64,000 nt of DNA from the NCBI GenBank assembly GCA_002319885.1, contig DCFT01000079.1:18658-82657 (forward strand), read 5' to 3'. Origin of the DNA: Bacteroidales bacterium UBA1797 (GTDB lineage Bacteria > Bacteroidota > Bacteroidia > Bacteroidales > VadinHA17). This document shows positions 1 to 10,991 of the stretch, piece by piece. The notes beneath the pieces are model-generated. The model saw nothing but the letters and a program-made list of their open reading frames with translations, did not search any database and was not told the origin of the DNA. The position numbers and the translations under genes are program-made. Each line of letters begins with the position of its first letter. Within the stretch, counting starts at the first letter, position 1.

Positions 1-834
1 ACCTCTTACACCATGGGCCAGATGCAACCATCCCTTTGATGTTTTTACCGGATGCGGACCTTCCCCGTTTTTCTGTTCTTTGATGGTGTGATAATAACGG
101 AAGTTAATGATCTTTTCATCTTTTATCTCGGCATGAGTAATATCATCAATCAGTGCCCAGCCTATGCCGCCACCTGACCCGGCATCTATAAATCCATCCT
201 GTGGTCGTGTATAAAGAGCATACTTACCACTAACAAATTCAGGGTGAAGAACAACATTTCTCTGCTGGCTCCGGGTTTTCAGATCGGGCAGCCTTTCCCA
301 TGTTTTAAGATCGTGTGTCCGTGCAATACCTGCAGCAGCGACAGCTGAGGATAGATCGCCTGCCTGTGCCATAGGGTCCTTCCGTTCAGAACAGAAGATC
401 CCATAGATCCACCCGTCTTCATGTTTTGTCAGACGCATATCATAAACATTTGTATCGGGATTGTCAGTTTCCGGCATTGTTATCGGATAATCCCAGAACC
501 GGAAATTATCAACTCCGTTAGGACTCTCAGCGATTGCAAAAAAAGATTTTCTGTCGTTGCCTTCAACACGGACAGCCAATATATATTTCCCGTCAAATTT
601 CATTGCTCCGGCATTAAAAGCAGCATGAATACCAAACCGTTCCATAAGATAAGGATTCGTTTCAGGATCAAGATCATATTTCCAGAATAATGGGGCATGT
701 TCGCCCGTGAGTACAGGATATTTATATCTGTTAAAAATTCCGTTGCCCGGTTCTATTTTTTCATTTTTCCGTGTCAATAATTTCTGGTATTGCCCGGTAA
801 GAATCTTCAATCTTGATGTGAATTCGGTTTCCAT
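1..834 (-). CDS. GH130 beta-mannoside phosphorylase (4-O-beta-D-mannosyl-D-glucose phosphorylase-like); C-terminus runs off the window
   Basis: Absent from the ORF track because it is open at the left edge. Reverse-strand ATG at 834, in frame to base 1: [68 protein letters not shown]...[27 protein letters not shown]...[22 protein letters not shown]. From memory this is collinear with the Bacteroides fragilis mannosylglucose phosphorylase. It starts 7 nt after the GH31 stop. Confidence 0.85.
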   Translation of the reverse strand, partial: METEFTSRLKILTGQYQKLLTRKNEKIEPGNGIFNRYKYPVLTGEHAPLFWKYDLDPETNPYLMERFGIHAAFNAGAMKFDGKYILAVRVEGNDRKSFFAIAESPNGVDNFRFWDYPITMPETDNPDTNVYDMRLTKHEDGWIYGIFCSERKDPMAQAGDLSSAVAAAGIARTHDLKTWERLPDLKTRSQQRNVVLHPEFVSGKYALYTRPQDGFIDAGSGGGIGWALIDDITHAEIKDEKIINFRYYHTIKEQKNGEGPHPVKTSKGWLHLAHGVRG

Positions 835-841
835 GATTTTT

Positions 842-3688
842 CTATTTTCTTTTTACAGTTACACCCTTCCCTGAATATGAAATAATGCTATCAGGCGTGA
901 CCAAAGGATTATAAGGAACGGGGTTATCTTTGTTAATAAATATAATGTTAAATGTACGTGATTTCAACATACCTGGAAAATCTCCTTCCCGTTCACTGAT
1001 TTTCAGTTCTTTCCTGGCCTCGCTATAGTTGAAACTAATATTGCTGGACGATCCTTTTTCATAGTTGTAATTTGTTCCTTCATCTTCATAAAGCTTAAAT
1101 CCACAGTCCTTTCCGGTATAAACCAGAACTGTCAGGGGGTCAGCAGGCTTCTCAGCTGTATATTCTATTTCAGGTCCGACAGGCAAAATTGACCCCTCCC
1201 TCACATACAAGGGTATTCTCTCATAAGGGGCTTCAACACTTGATTTCTGTCCTCCGTTCAGATATTTCCCCGAATAGAAATCGTACCATCCGCATTCTGA
1301 AGGAAAATACACATCCCTGATTCTGGATTTATACCTATAAACCGGCGCCACCATCAAAGAGGGTCCGAACATATATTGGTCACTAATATTATTTACCTCT
1401 TCATCGCCGTTAAAATCCATTATTAGTGGCCGCATTATCGTGTAGTCACTGAAATGGGTCATCCCTGCAAGAGAATATATGTAAGGCATCAGTCTGTAGC
1501 GCAGTTTGTCATAATAAACCATGCTCTTATATGCAGAGTGAGTCTCAGGCGAAAGATTGTAGATTTCCCGGAAAGGGTACTGGCCATGACTACGGAACAG
1601 CGGACAAAACGAACCAAACTGAAACCATCGGGTATTAAGTTCTCTCCATTCTTCCATGTCCTCCGATCCTTCTGTAGCTCTTGCATACCTGTTCTCAACA
1701 CAAAACCCTCCAATATCCATTGTCCAGTAAGGTATTCCTGAAATTGCATAATTCAGGCCGGCCGCGATCTGAGCTTTCATATCCTCCCATCTTGTTCCTA
1801 TATCACCGCTCCATGTAGCAGTTGAGTATCTTTGCAATCCCGCAAAACCTGAACGGGTAAGAAGGAATACCCGTTTATCAGGATCAACACTGCGCTGACC
1901 ATTGTATATAGCCATAGCGTTCATAAGAGCGTAAGTATTGAAGTATTTTGTCGACGGACCAAGTGCAGTAGGGGTTGAAAGCAGTTTGCGGTATTCGATG
2001 CTTGCATTAGACTCAATATCAGGTTCAGATGCATCCATCCACCACGCGTCAAACCCTTTCGAATAAAGACGATCCCTGATCTGTTTCCAGAAAAGGTCCC
2101 TTGCACCCTGACTGTAAGGATCATAGAATGAACCTATATATCCTTTACCTATCCAGTCTCTGATACTGTCTTTTACTGCCTGTTTGTACATCCATCCATG
2201 GCGATCAAACGCTTTATAGTTGTCTGTAGTAATATAAAATTTAGGCCAAACGGAGATCATTATCTTTGCATTGAGCTTATGAACCTCGTTGACCATTTCT
2301 ACAGGATCAGGAAAAAACTTCGGGTCAAACTCATGTGATCCCCACGACTGAACAGGCCAGTATGACCAATCCAGTACAATATTATCAATTGGAATATTTC
2401 TTTTCCTGTACTCCTTTACGACATTTACCAGCTCTGTCTGTGATTTATACCGTTCACGGCTCTGCCAGTAACCCATCGCCCATTCCGGCATTATCTGAGC
2501 CTTACCAGTAACCTCGCGATAACCACTTATTACTTCATCGAGGTTATTTCCATGAATAAAATAATAGTCAATCTGGTCACCCATCTCCGATGTCAGTGTA
2601 AGGTTACCCTGTTGCGTTGGACTTACCGGACTAAGCGCTTTTAGCCCGAGATAAGATGTGCCTCCATCGGGTTTCCACTCAATCCTAATTTCATAACGCT
2701 TTCCCTTCTCCATGTTTTCGCTGAACTTATAAGTGTTCGGATTCCATGCTGTTCTCCATCTCTCAGGTACTACAAGTTCATTGTTTATAAACAGTTTTAC
2801 ATAACCTGCATAATATAATTTGAAATGAAACAAACCAGTCTCCTTCGGCTCAATTTTCCCTACCCAAAATACATTTGATCTGTCAAGAGGAACAGTCTGA
2901 GGTAAGTTTTTTATAGTTGAAAGATTTTCATAATCAATAGAGGATTCTTTCCGTTGAAGAAAAATTTTATTTGTATCTGATAAATCGCGATAGGTTGCAG
3001 TCAGGCCTCCTTCATCTCCTTTATTGTCATACAGCCTGAAAATATCAAGATTTGAATAATCCCGTGGATCACCAAACCTTGTAAGCGAATAATTGTCCCA
3101 CAAAATGCCATAGTTTCGGTTTGAGACTATGAACGGGACAGAGACTTTTGTATTATACTGATACAGAACCTCATTTAGTCCCTTATAATTAAACTCATCT
3201 GACTGATGCTGACCCAGTCCGTAGAAGGCCTCATCAGATGGTGATTCAAAAACCTGCTGAAGTGTATAGCCGCTTGTTCCCTCCACGGTTATAGGCGTAA
3301 ATGAATTCCCTCCGCCTTTCTGTTCTTTTACTATTTCATTGTTATAAATATCCCTGAAGATGATCTGACCTGTGATCAATGAGACTATGGCTTTTATTTT
3401 GGAAGTCGAGACTACTATATTGTCTTTACCAGTTGTAACAGAAAATGAAGGGATTGCAGCAGGTCTCTCAACTGCAACGAGACTTTTCATATCTGAGATT
3501 TCCCCTGAAGGAGTTGCAATAACGTGAATGATCTGATCATTGATCACCTCGAGCTTGATCAGATGTGCTTTTTGCCCGGTCTGATCATTGAGTTTAATCA
3601 GAACTCCATTATTGGTTTTCTCCCAGGATTTATAAGATGAAGAAGATATCAGCAGAAAAGCAGCTGTTGCGAATAATAGTCTTTTCAT
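842..3688 (-). CDS. GH31 alpha-xylosidase/alpha-glucosidase with PA14-like insert, secreted
   Basis: 948 aa with a signal peptide. GH31 motifs [12 protein letters not shown] (nucleophile Asp region), [26 protein letters not shown] (acid/base region) and YWTMDIGGF. Inserted PA14-like segment ([22 protein letters not shown]...[13 protein letters not shown]), as in PUL-encoded alpha-xylosidases. Confidence 0.85.
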   Translation of the reverse strand: MKRLLFATAAFLLISSSSYKSWEKTNNGVLIKLNDQTGQKAHLIKLEVINDQIIHVIATPSGEISDMKSLVAVERPAAIPSFSVTTGKDNIVVSTSKIKAIVSLITGQIIFRDIYNNEIVKEQKGGGNSFTPITVEGTSGYTLQQVFESPSDEAFYGLGQHQSDEFNYKGLNEVLYQYNTKVSVPFIVSNRNYGILWDNYSLTRFGDPRDYSNLDIFRLYDNKGDEGGLTATYRDLSDTNKIFLQRKESSIDYENLSTIKNLPQTVPLDRSNVFWVGKIEPKETGLFHFKLYYAGYVKLFINNELVVPERWRTAWNPNTYKFSENMEKGKRYEIRIEWKPDGGTSYLGLKALSPVSPTQQGNLTLTSEMGDQIDYYFIHGNNLDEVISGYREVTGKAQIMPEWAMGYWQSRERYKSQTELVNVVKEYRKRNIPIDNIVLDWSYWPVQSWGSHEFDPKFFPDPVEMVNEVHKLNAKIMISVWPKFYITTDNYKAFDRHGWMYKQAVKDSIRDWIGKGYIGSFYDPYSQGARDLFWKQIRDRLYSKGFDAWWMDASEPDIESNASIEYRKLLSTPTALGPSTKYFNTYALMNAMAIYNGQRSVDPDKRVFLLTRSGFAGLQRYSTATWSGDIGTRWEDMKAQIAAGLNYAISGIPYWTMDIGGFCVENRYARATEGSEDMEEWRELNTRWFQFGSFCPLFRSHGQYPFREIYNLSPETHSAYKSMVYYDKLRYRLMPYIYSLAGMTHFSDYTIMRPLIMDFNGDEEVNNISDQYMFGPSLMVAPVYRYKSRIRDVYFPSECGWYDFYSGKYLNGGQKSSVEAPYERIPLYVREGSILPVGPEIEYTAEKPADPLTVLVYTGKDCGFKLYEDEGTNYNYEKGSSSNISFNYSEARKELKISEREGDFPGMLKSRTFNIIFINKDNPVPYNPLVTPDSIISYSGKGVTVKRK

Positions 3689-4068
3689 TTTTATAATTAT
3701 TAAAAATCCTTTACAATTTCAATAAGATGCTGCAGTTATGAGAGAGTTCAATACTATTAATTCCTTCAGAAATTTAAAGACTGTAAATCATCTATTTGTT
3801 TCCTATTATTCTTCGTCTCAATTGCTTTAATATGAAAATATACTAATATACCTCAAAAAAATTCTTTTTTAACCCTTACTTTGGATAAGTACCTGTTTTA
3901 TAAATGCCTGCAAAAAAGATGTATATAGCTACCCAGAATATTTCTGAAGATAAATAATCAAAATATTTCAGACATTTTTTCTCAATCATGCCAGGTCTCA
4001 TCGAATTAACAAAACTATGATTTTTATTGAATTTCCCTGCCTGGAACTCTTAGAAACAGTGGTTTTAT

Positions 4069-4965
4069 TTATTGGTAATATTCCAGTTTTCGGGTAATAA
4101 TGTCGTCGATTTCGCTATTAATATATTCCTTACGGGAAGTCCAATTGTTATACTTGTCATAAGTATACACAAAAATATGTTTTTCTATTTTCTTATCAGG
4201 CACATAATTAACAAGTTTCAAAATTGTATTTAATTGTTTATCATATTGGTAGGTAGTTTTCGAAATTAATTCATTCTCCCCATTATAAAAACAAGCTTCG
4301 TCAACCAGCCTGTTAGAAAGATAGGTATATGTTGATTTTTTAATGAGACTATCTTTTAGTGATAAATACAAAATTTCCACTTTAAGCCCCTTTTTGTTAT
4401 ATGTATTTTTTAGTTTCCAATGCTGATGAAAGACAGAATCAATATGCAGTTCTTCTATAACATTATTTTTATCATCATATCTGAAGAAAATCCGTCCCTG
4501 AATTTTATCTTTTTCATTTAAAAATCTTCTTTCAATCTCATTCATGTTTGCATCATATTCATATTCAGTATCAGAAATTAATCCTCCAAAGGGATTCAGA
4601 AGTTTTTCTTCAATTATTTTATTATGTTCATTGTATGAATAATGCAAAATTTCTGACAAACTATCTTTCAGAACATAACAAGAACGTGTCAGTTTTTGAT
4701 TCCCGGCATTGTATTCATATTCCCATCTTCGGATCAGAGAGCCATCGGGATTAAATGAAGATTGCTTTTGAATAAAACCGTTGGGTTTAAATACAAGATA
4801 TGTAGTATATTTTCCAGTGTTTGAATAGTCTATTTCAGAAACTGTTTTAACGGCCCCATTTAATCTCCACTCCTTCAATTCATTATTAATAACCTTATTG
4901 CTATTATTACAGGAAGAAGCAATTTGTGCAACTATAATGAATCCGTAAATATGAGCTCTGTTCAT
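4069..4965 (-). CDS. Lipoprotein built from about 8 degenerate YD/RHS-like repeats; function unknown
   Basis: ORF 4069..5004. I prefer the ATG at 4965 (MNRAHIYGFIIVAQIASSC, lipobox-like). Recurrent Y-x-Y-(D/N)-x-x-N-x-(I/V)-E units: EYEYNAGNQKL, HYSYNEHNKIIEE, EYEYDANMNEIE, FFRYDDKNNVIEE, TYQYDKQLNTI, VYTYDKYNNWTS. More AT-rich than its neighbours. Confidence 0.6.
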   Translation of the reverse strand: MNRAHIYGFIIVAQIASSCNNSNKVINNELKEWRLNGAVKTVSEIDYSNTGKYTTYLVFKPNGFIQKQSSFNPDGSLIRRWEYEYNAGNQKLTRSCYVLKDSLSEILHYSYNEHNKIIEEKLLNPFGGLISDTEYEYDANMNEIERRFLNEKDKIQGRIFFRYDDKNNVIEELHIDSVFHQHWKLKNTYNKKGLKVEILYLSLKDSLIKKSTYTYLSNRLVDEACFYNGENELISKTTYQYDKQLNTILKLVNYVPDKKIEKHIFVYTYDKYNNWTSRKEYINSEIDDIITRKLEYYQ

Positions 4966-5052
4966 AATATATTTTACTCTATGAATGATGCTTTTAACAT
5001 GCAATTGATTAATTAACCTTCATGTTTGAGCTTCAACAATCTTTTTAAAAAG

Positions 5053-5080
5053 AAACCGTCTCTAAATATAGAGACGGTTT
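5053..5080 (-). terminator. Perfect 11-bp stem hairpin with T-runs on both sides (intrinsic terminator after the SusE-position gene)
   Basis: aaaccgtctct (5053-5063) / aaatat / agagacggttt (5070-5080). On the reverse strand it is followed by ctttttaaaaag. It lies 48 nt downstream of the stop at 5128. Confidence 0.6.
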
Positions 5081-5127
5081 TTGAAAGGACTAAAAAGCTA
5101 CAAACCTAAAAAAACAAATCATCTATT

Positions 5128-5916
5128 CTAATAATTAAAACCTTTGCGTTTGAACATACCGATATTATATTGTCCGTACTCATGGAGAGACAATTCGTCA
5201 GCTGTCAGTTTGGTTATATGATACTTACCATCGCTGGGTGTAGGCCAGGGGAAAGTAACACCGTTAAGGACTTGTATGCCACTGTAACTAACTCCTCCAT
5301 TTACATAAGGTGCAATTACGGTGAAGAACCCCTTGGCAATGCTGCCGTCACCCTTTTTATGCTGAAAGTGAGCGCCTCCCACAAGATCCATAGTAACCTC
5401 ATCATTAAAGTTCAACCATGAATTACCTGCAGAGGCATCCATAGTCCACCAGGCAGGTGCGGTACAGTTTTCAGGTCCATTGCCACCAATAATACCGCCG
5501 GGAATGTCAAGAGCCCATACCCATGTTTGACCCGATCCACCATTGGTTAATCCTTTCCATGCCGGATCTTTGTCAAAAAAAGCGTCATCATTTGAAGCAA
5601 TTGTGAAAGTTGTCGAATCGGTAACTGTACCACCTGCACAAAAAGCAGTATACTTTAACGTGAAAGTACCAGCAAATGGTATATAAATGGTATCAATTGC
5701 CCTGTGTGAGGTACCGGTTCCCCAATCCCAATAAATAATAGCGCCGTTTGTATTGTTCTCCAGGATCACCGTGTTTGAACCTGCAGTTGGTTGAACAACT
5801 GCAATATTCACCTGGTCTGCCGTAAGAACAGGCCCCAGTTCATCTCTGTTCTCCATGGTTTGGCATGATGTCATAATCAATGCTAAACCCATCAAAGTAT
5901 AAAAACTTTTTTTCAT
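5128..5916 (-). CDS. PUL surface lipoprotein in the SusE/SusF position
   Basis: 262 aa with lipoprotein signal MKKSFYTLMGLALIMTSCQ. Sits immediately downstream of SusD. Gly/Thr/Trp-rich, beta-sandwich-like composition. No catalytic motif recognised. Confidence 0.6.
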   Translation of the reverse strand: MKKSFYTLMGLALIMTSCQTMENRDELGPVLTADQVNIAVVQPTAGSNTVILENNTNGAIIYWDWGTGTSHRAIDTIYIPFAGTFTLKYTAFCAGGTVTDSTTFTIASNDDAFFDKDPAWKGLTNGGSGQTWVWALDIPGGIIGGNGPENCTAPAWWTMDASAGNSWLNFNDEVTMDLVGGAHFQHKKGDGSIAKGFFTVIAPYVNGGVSYSGIQVLNGVTFPWPTPSDGKYHITKLTADELSLHEYGQYNIGMFKRKGFNY

Positions 5917-5941
5917 AACATTTCATTTTAGAGATTAAACA

Positions 5942-7654
5942 TTAATACATTATATCACCAGAGTTTATCCACCCATCGTTCTGCACCAGTACGCCCTCCG
6001 ATAGTTTTATCTGGTCATCGGGAATCATGAGAAATCCTCCTGTATCCCTGACCCTCTGATCAATAGAAGCAAAAAGTCCATTATCAGAAACATTAATTGA
6101 GGTCTGGGCGGCCATATTGTAGATAGTAGCACCCGTTTCATTTTGTTTAATAATAACGCCAGCTTCAGGACCATACCAACGCAATAAATCGAAATAGCGG
6201 AGTCCCTCAAAAGCTAATTCCCAACGACGTTCATTTTTTATGTTATCAAGAGTAACAGGTACTGAAGGTAATTTTGATCTCGCCCTTACCTGATCCATAT
6301 AAGATTGGGCTCTGCTGCTACCAAGCTCTGCACCCATAAGTAAAACATCGGCTAAGCGAAGGAGAACAATGTTCTGGGTGTTATCTAGCTGTATATCGTT
6401 TATTGATCCATATAATTTTACAGCATAATTAACAATACCGTTAGGTGTTGAAATGTTAATGGGAATATATTTCTTCTCCGAGTATTTAGTTTCATGCCAT
6501 TGCATATCAGCTCCAAATACATAGGAAGAAGTATAATCCTTTTCTGCATCCTGATCCCAAACTGAACCTGTTTTTCTGACAGTATCGGCATCGGGCCATG
6601 AATGAACAAAATTAGGATTAACCGGTCCAAATCCCCATCCGTGACCAAAAGGAAGTTTTGCTTCCGCATCTCTGTGGCCACAGAACAAATTAACAGTATT
6701 ATTGTAGTAGTTTTTTGATCCCCAGTCACTCATAGTCAACCCGCAATAAGGTATTTCAAAAATACTTTCGGTATTGCCTAAGTCGGTAACCCATTTGAGG
6801 TGATATTTACTGGCATAACCATAATTGGTTGCTTCGTCGATCGAATAAGGCCACATATTCCTGAATTCAGGAACGAGAGTGCGACCACTGTTATCAACCA
6901 GATCATCTATCCAGCCAATCACCTGATCTTTGGTAATTGATCCGCCATCGGCTGTTGGCAAGGTAGTTTGCTGATAATACCCCGTATAAAACAGGAATAC
7001 TCTGGCCATATAACCTTCGGCTGCATACTTGGTGACCCTGCCCATATTAGAGGTTCTCCATGCTTCTGTGATAGGAGTAGATGGTAATGAATCAATTGCA
7101 TTTTTCAAATCCAACGCAATTTGTCCATACAGTTCTTCGGCAGTAGCCTTTGGATTATTCACCGGCAGAGGCGTAGTTACTAAAGGAACCAGTCCGAACA
7201 AACGAGCCAGATCGAAGTAATAGTATGCCCTCAGAAAACTTGCTTCTCCAAAAATCCGTTGTCTTTCTGCACTCCCACCTTTCCAGTCAACTTTTCCAAT
7301 TGAACTTAAAAGTGAATTGGTACGGAAGATACCTTTATAATTCTGAGCCCATGGAACTGAATATTCATTCGGGATCTTTACACGAAAATATTCCATGGCT
7401 TGTGGGTCACGGTCATTCTGCCCCCCACCTCCAAAACAGTCATCAGACATAATATTGGAAATAAGGAGGATATTATTTATACCGCCCATACTGGGTATAA
7501 TATTATACACGCCGGTTAAAGCCTCGTTAGCTTCTACAGGGGTACTAGGATAATTATCACTGTTTTTCTTTGTGAGGTCCTGTGTATCGAGAAAACTTTC
7601 ACTGCACCCAGCGACCAGCAGCAGAGTAGCTAGAAATAAATATATCTTTTTCAT
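5942..7654 (-). CDS. susD: SusD/RagB-family nutrient-binding outer-membrane lipoprotein
   Basis: 570 aa, lipobox LLLVAGCSESFLD. Typical SusD core (FLRAYYYFDLARLFG, LLRLADVLLMGAE, ERRWELAFEGLRYFDLLRW). Starts 14 nt after the SusC stop. Confidence 0.92.
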   Translation of the reverse strand: MKKIYLFLATLLLVAGCSESFLDTQDLTKKNSDNYPSTPVEANEALTGVYNIIPSMGGINNILLISNIMSDDCFGGGGQNDRDPQAMEYFRVKIPNEYSVPWAQNYKGIFRTNSLLSSIGKVDWKGGSAERQRIFGEASFLRAYYYFDLARLFGLVPLVTTPLPVNNPKATAEELYGQIALDLKNAIDSLPSTPITEAWRTSNMGRVTKYAAEGYMARVFLFYTGYYQQTTLPTADGGSITKDQVIGWIDDLVDNSGRTLVPEFRNMWPYSIDEATNYGYASKYHLKWVTDLGNTESIFEIPYCGLTMSDWGSKNYYNNTVNLFCGHRDAEAKLPFGHGWGFGPVNPNFVHSWPDADTVRKTGSVWDQDAEKDYTSSYVFGADMQWHETKYSEKKYIPINISTPNGIVNYAVKLYGSINDIQLDNTQNIVLLRLADVLLMGAELGSSRAQSYMDQVRARSKLPSVPVTLDNIKNERRWELAFEGLRYFDLLRWYGPEAGVIIKQNETGATIYNMAAQTSINVSDNGLFASIDQRVRDTGGFLMIPDDQIKLSEGVLVQNDGWINSGDIMY

Positions 7655-7668
7655 AATCTAACTTATAT

Positions 7669-10600
7669 TTAAAATTTAATACTAGCACCAAACATTACTG
7701 TCCGGGGAGACGGGTAAAAACCCAGATCGACTCCTTTACCCCAGCCATAAGAACTATCATCTGTACTGGTACCAATTTCAGGATCCATTCCTGAGTATTT
7801 GGTGAATGTGTATAGGTTCTGAACGGTAAAGAATAATCGTAATTGCTGCAGAGGCAATGTTCTGATCAGCCTTTTAAAGTCATAACCTACTGTAATGTTG
7901 CTTACCCTCAAATAATCACCATTTTCAATTTGAAGGTCTGAAGTATACTGGAAATTAATGCTCGATCCGGCAGTTACCCGTGGAATTCTGTTAGAAGTTC
8001 CTTCTCCATGCCATCTTTTCAGTATTTCGGTAGTATAATTATTATCTCCTTGTCCGGCATCGTGCCAGCAGCGGGCTATTTGGTTACCTGCCACTCCATA
8101 CAACGTAACTAAAAAGTCGAAGCCTTTATATCTGGCATTTAAGTTCAGTGAGTAAACAAAGTCGGGATTTGGATTACCTATCATTACTTTGTCGGCATCT
8201 TCAATCACTCCATTGCCATCGGTATCCACAAACTTAACATCGCCTGGCAAGGCATTAGGCATAATAATCTTCCCATCTGAATTTTTATAATTTGCCACTT
8301 CAGCTTCGTTTTGGAAAATACCGGCAGTTTTGTAACCCCAGAAATATCCAACAGGGTAGCCAACCTGTGCCCTGGCAACATAAGGACCATTACCCCACAG
8401 CTTCACGTTATCGGCATTTATTATCTTCTGACTGTTCTTGATTTCAGTAACATCATTAGTATTATAGCTCATGTTTCCACTAATTCCATATGAAAAGTCA
8501 CCTACGTTGTCATTCCAGCCTATTGCAATTTCAAATCCTTTATTTTTTATCTGGCCACCATTTATATACGGTGCATTGTCAACTCCCCAGCTGGCTAAAA
8601 TTGGGGCTGCAACCAACCAGTCCTTAGTAGTCTTAATATAATAATCAAAAGCAATGTTCATTTTTGATGCCAGTGTGCGGGCATCAAATCCAAGGTCCAA
8701 TTGCTCCGATGTTTCCCATTTCAAATCGAATGTTGGAATGTTTAAAGGATAAGCACCAAGGGTTGGAGTGGTTTTGTCAGAGTTAAAATAATAGTTTGCC
8801 CGTGTACCAGGATCTGTGTTATATGCAATTTGTGATACATATTGGAACCCTGGTATGCTCTGGTTACCATTTTGTCCCCAACTACCTCTTATTTTCAGAA
8901 AGTTTACAAATGACTTGGCTGATTCCATAAATTGTTCGTTTGTAACAACCCACCCTGCTGATACAGAGGGGAATGCGCCCCAGCGGTGTCCTTTTGCAAA
9001 ATTTGATGAAGCGTCAGCTCGCATAACGAGAGTCAGCAAATATGTCTCTTTATAGTCATAGTTAATACGTCCAAAATATGAGAGTATGCCACCTTTGCCC
9101 CATGGGTTACCACCAATGCTCGCTGTACCCGGAACATTTGCGTTATCAATATAAGCATGTTCAAAATCGTTGAATACACTATTTGAATTTGTAATTGAAA
9201 GGTTTTCACCAAGACCCCACCGTTCAGCGCTCATACCTGCTAAAATATTTAAATTATGAACAGCGCTCAGCGAAAATTGATAATTCAGAATGTTTTCAAA
9301 CAGCCATCCGCCCAAGCCGCCACTGGCATTTTGTGTTACACCATTGAGCAAAGATTGATTGGTAGGACCTAAATAATAAATTGGACTCCAACTTCTGTAA
9401 CTAGATTGACTTGGGTTAAGCGAAAAAGTGGTTCTATATTTAAGACCGTGAATTGGCTGAATCTCTAAATAAACATTTGCATTCAGGTTAATACTTTTAT
9501 TTATACTTGAGCCACCATAAATCATTCCGGCCTCAGGGTTTGCATCATTGGTATTCCAGGGAAGTACGTCATGATAAGGAAAAGCAGGATCAGTATTACT
9601 GCTGGCATACATAGGAAGAATCGGGAGTGCCTGGGCAGCATTGAGAATGTTATTCCACCACATATTCCCGGTACGTATACCATGACTCTGAGTATAGGTA
9701 AAAGATAAATTCTCTCCTATTTTAATTACATCAAATGCTTTACGAAGAATTACATGATCTGAATTAATACGGAATGTATACCGGTCGTATTTCGATTGGA
9801 CCGGGTATCCAAAAATACCATCCTGTGAAGTATATGAAGCTCCAAGCGAAAATACAGAAACTGCATTACCACCGGTGATGTTGATGGCATGACTTTGGAT
9901 CGGTGCATTTTTTGTTTGCATTTCCTTGAGCCAGTTTGTACCATTCCATGTGCCATTTACCAGCTTTTGATAATAAGTTGGATCAAGGAGGGTCATATAA
10001 TCCGATGGACCATATGGAGCAAGATTTGAATTCATACGTGCTTCATTCATAATCATCAAATATTCCTTGGCGTCAAGCAAAGGCAAAATCTTGAAGACAT
10101 TTTGTACTCCGGCGTAACCATCATAAGTTACATTCATGGAGTTTAATTCACCCCTTTTAGTAGTAACCATGATTACACCATTAGAAGCTCTGGCGCCATA
10201 AATAGCTGCTGAAGCAGCATCTTTTAAAACATCGATCGATTCAATATCGCTCGGGTTAAGGTAATTTATATCACCCCGGGGGACACCATCTACAATGTAT
10301 AACGGTTGAGAATTACCAATAGTACCCACACCACGGATATTAACTTTAAAACCGGCTCCGGGTTCACCCGAGACTTTTGTAATGTTAATACCGGGTGTTA
10401 AGCTCTGCAATGCCGTCATCGGTGACACTGTGTTCTGTTTTGTAATTTCGTCACCTTTAACTTCAATAGTAGAACCGGTAACAAGCTTTTTCTTTTGAAC
10501 GCCATAACCAACTACCACTACTTCATCAAGTCCGGTTACTGCTGATTCAAGAGTAACATCAACGACTGATTTACCATTAATTTCTACTTCCTGGGTTGTA

Positions 10601-10827
10601 AACCCGACAAAAGAGAATAACAGTGTTGTACTTCCTTTGGGAGCAACAAGAACATATTTCCCTTTGGAATCTGACAAAGAACCGACTGTAGTTCCTTTGA
10701 CAAGGACTGTTACGCCGGCCATAGTTTGGCCATCCTGGTCCTTAATGACACCAGTAATCGTTGTCTGGGCCATCAGGCTAAGGTTAGCCAATAGCAATAA
10801 AAACAATAAAGCACCTCGTTTAATCAT
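7669..10827 (-). CDS. susC: SusC/RagA-family TonB-dependent outer-membrane transporter
   Basis: 1052 aa. Signal peptide, CarboxypepD_reg-like N-domain (ITGVIKDQDGQTMAGVTVLVKGTTVG), TonB box DEVVVVGYG, plug (ESIDVLKDAASAAIYGARASNGVIMVTTKRG) and a C-terminal aromatic residue (IKF). Confidence 0.95.
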   Translation of the reverse strand: MIKRGALLFLLLLANLSLMAQTTITGVIKDQDGQTMAGVTVLVKGTTVGSLSDSKGKYVLVAPKGSTTLLFSFVGFTTQEVEINGKSVVDVTLESAVTGLDEVVVVGYGVQKKKLVTGSTIEVKGDEITKQNTVSPMTALQSLTPGINITKVSGEPGAGFKVNIRGVGTIGNSQPLYIVDGVPRGDINYLNPSDIESIDVLKDAASAAIYGARASNGVIMVTTKRGELNSMNVTYDGYAGVQNVFKILPLLDAKEYLMIMNEARMNSNLAPYGPSDYMTLLDPTYYQKLVNGTWNGTNWLKEMQTKNAPIQSHAINITGGNAVSVFSLGASYTSQDGIFGYPVQSKYDRYTFRINSDHVILRKAFDVIKIGENLSFTYTQSHGIRTGNMWWNNILNAAQALPILPMYASSNTDPAFPYHDVLPWNTNDANPEAGMIYGGSSINKSINLNANVYLEIQPIHGLKYRTTFSLNPSQSSYRSWSPIYYLGPTNQSLLNGVTQNASGGLGGWLFENILNYQFSLSAVHNLNILAGMSAERWGLGENLSITNSNSVFNDFEHAYIDNANVPGTASIGGNPWGKGGILSYFGRINYDYKETYLLTLVMRADASSNFAKGHRWGAFPSVSAGWVVTNEQFMESAKSFVNFLKIRGSWGQNGNQSIPGFQYVSQIAYNTDPGTRANYYFNSDKTTPTLGAYPLNIPTFDLKWETSEQLDLGFDARTLASKMNIAFDYYIKTTKDWLVAAPILASWGVDNAPYINGGQIKNKGFEIAIGWNDNVGDFSYGISGNMSYNTNDVTEIKNSQKIINADNVKLWGNGPYVARAQVGYPVGYFWGYKTAGIFQNEAEVANYKNSDGKIIMPNALPGDVKFVDTDGNGVIEDADKVMIGNPNPDFVYSLNLNARYKGFDFLVTLYGVAGNQIARCWHDAGQGDNNYTTEILKRWHGEGTSNRIPRVTAGSSINFQYTSDLQIENGDYLRVSNITVGYDFKRLIRTLPLQQLRLFFTVQNLYTFTKYSGMDPEIGTSTDDSSYGWGKGVDLGFYPSPRTVMFGASIKF

Positions 10828-10910
10828 AGTTTTGGGTTTTAGGTATATAAATACTAAACAGGTAAGTTCACGATCAGAGAATAAAAATTAACATCAGGTT
10901 AAGGTCTTTC

Positions 10911-10918
10911 CAAATGTA
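10911..10918 (-). promoter_or_regulatory. Candidate Bacteroidota -7 promoter box for susC
   Basis: The reverse strand reads TACATTTG, a perfect match to TAnnTTTG, about 84 nt upstream of the susC ATG. Confidence 0.35.
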
Positions 10919-10991
10919 AAGCTATCTTTTATCCAAAGAGAGTATGAATTGTTCAGGTTTTAGGGGTCAGTTGGTTATTGATGATTTTTTT

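Noticed and set aside
421-690. 89-aa plus-strand ORF from the track
   Set aside because: It lies entirely antisense within the well-supported GH130 reading frame (1..834, minus strand) and has low-complexity, non-protein-like sequence.
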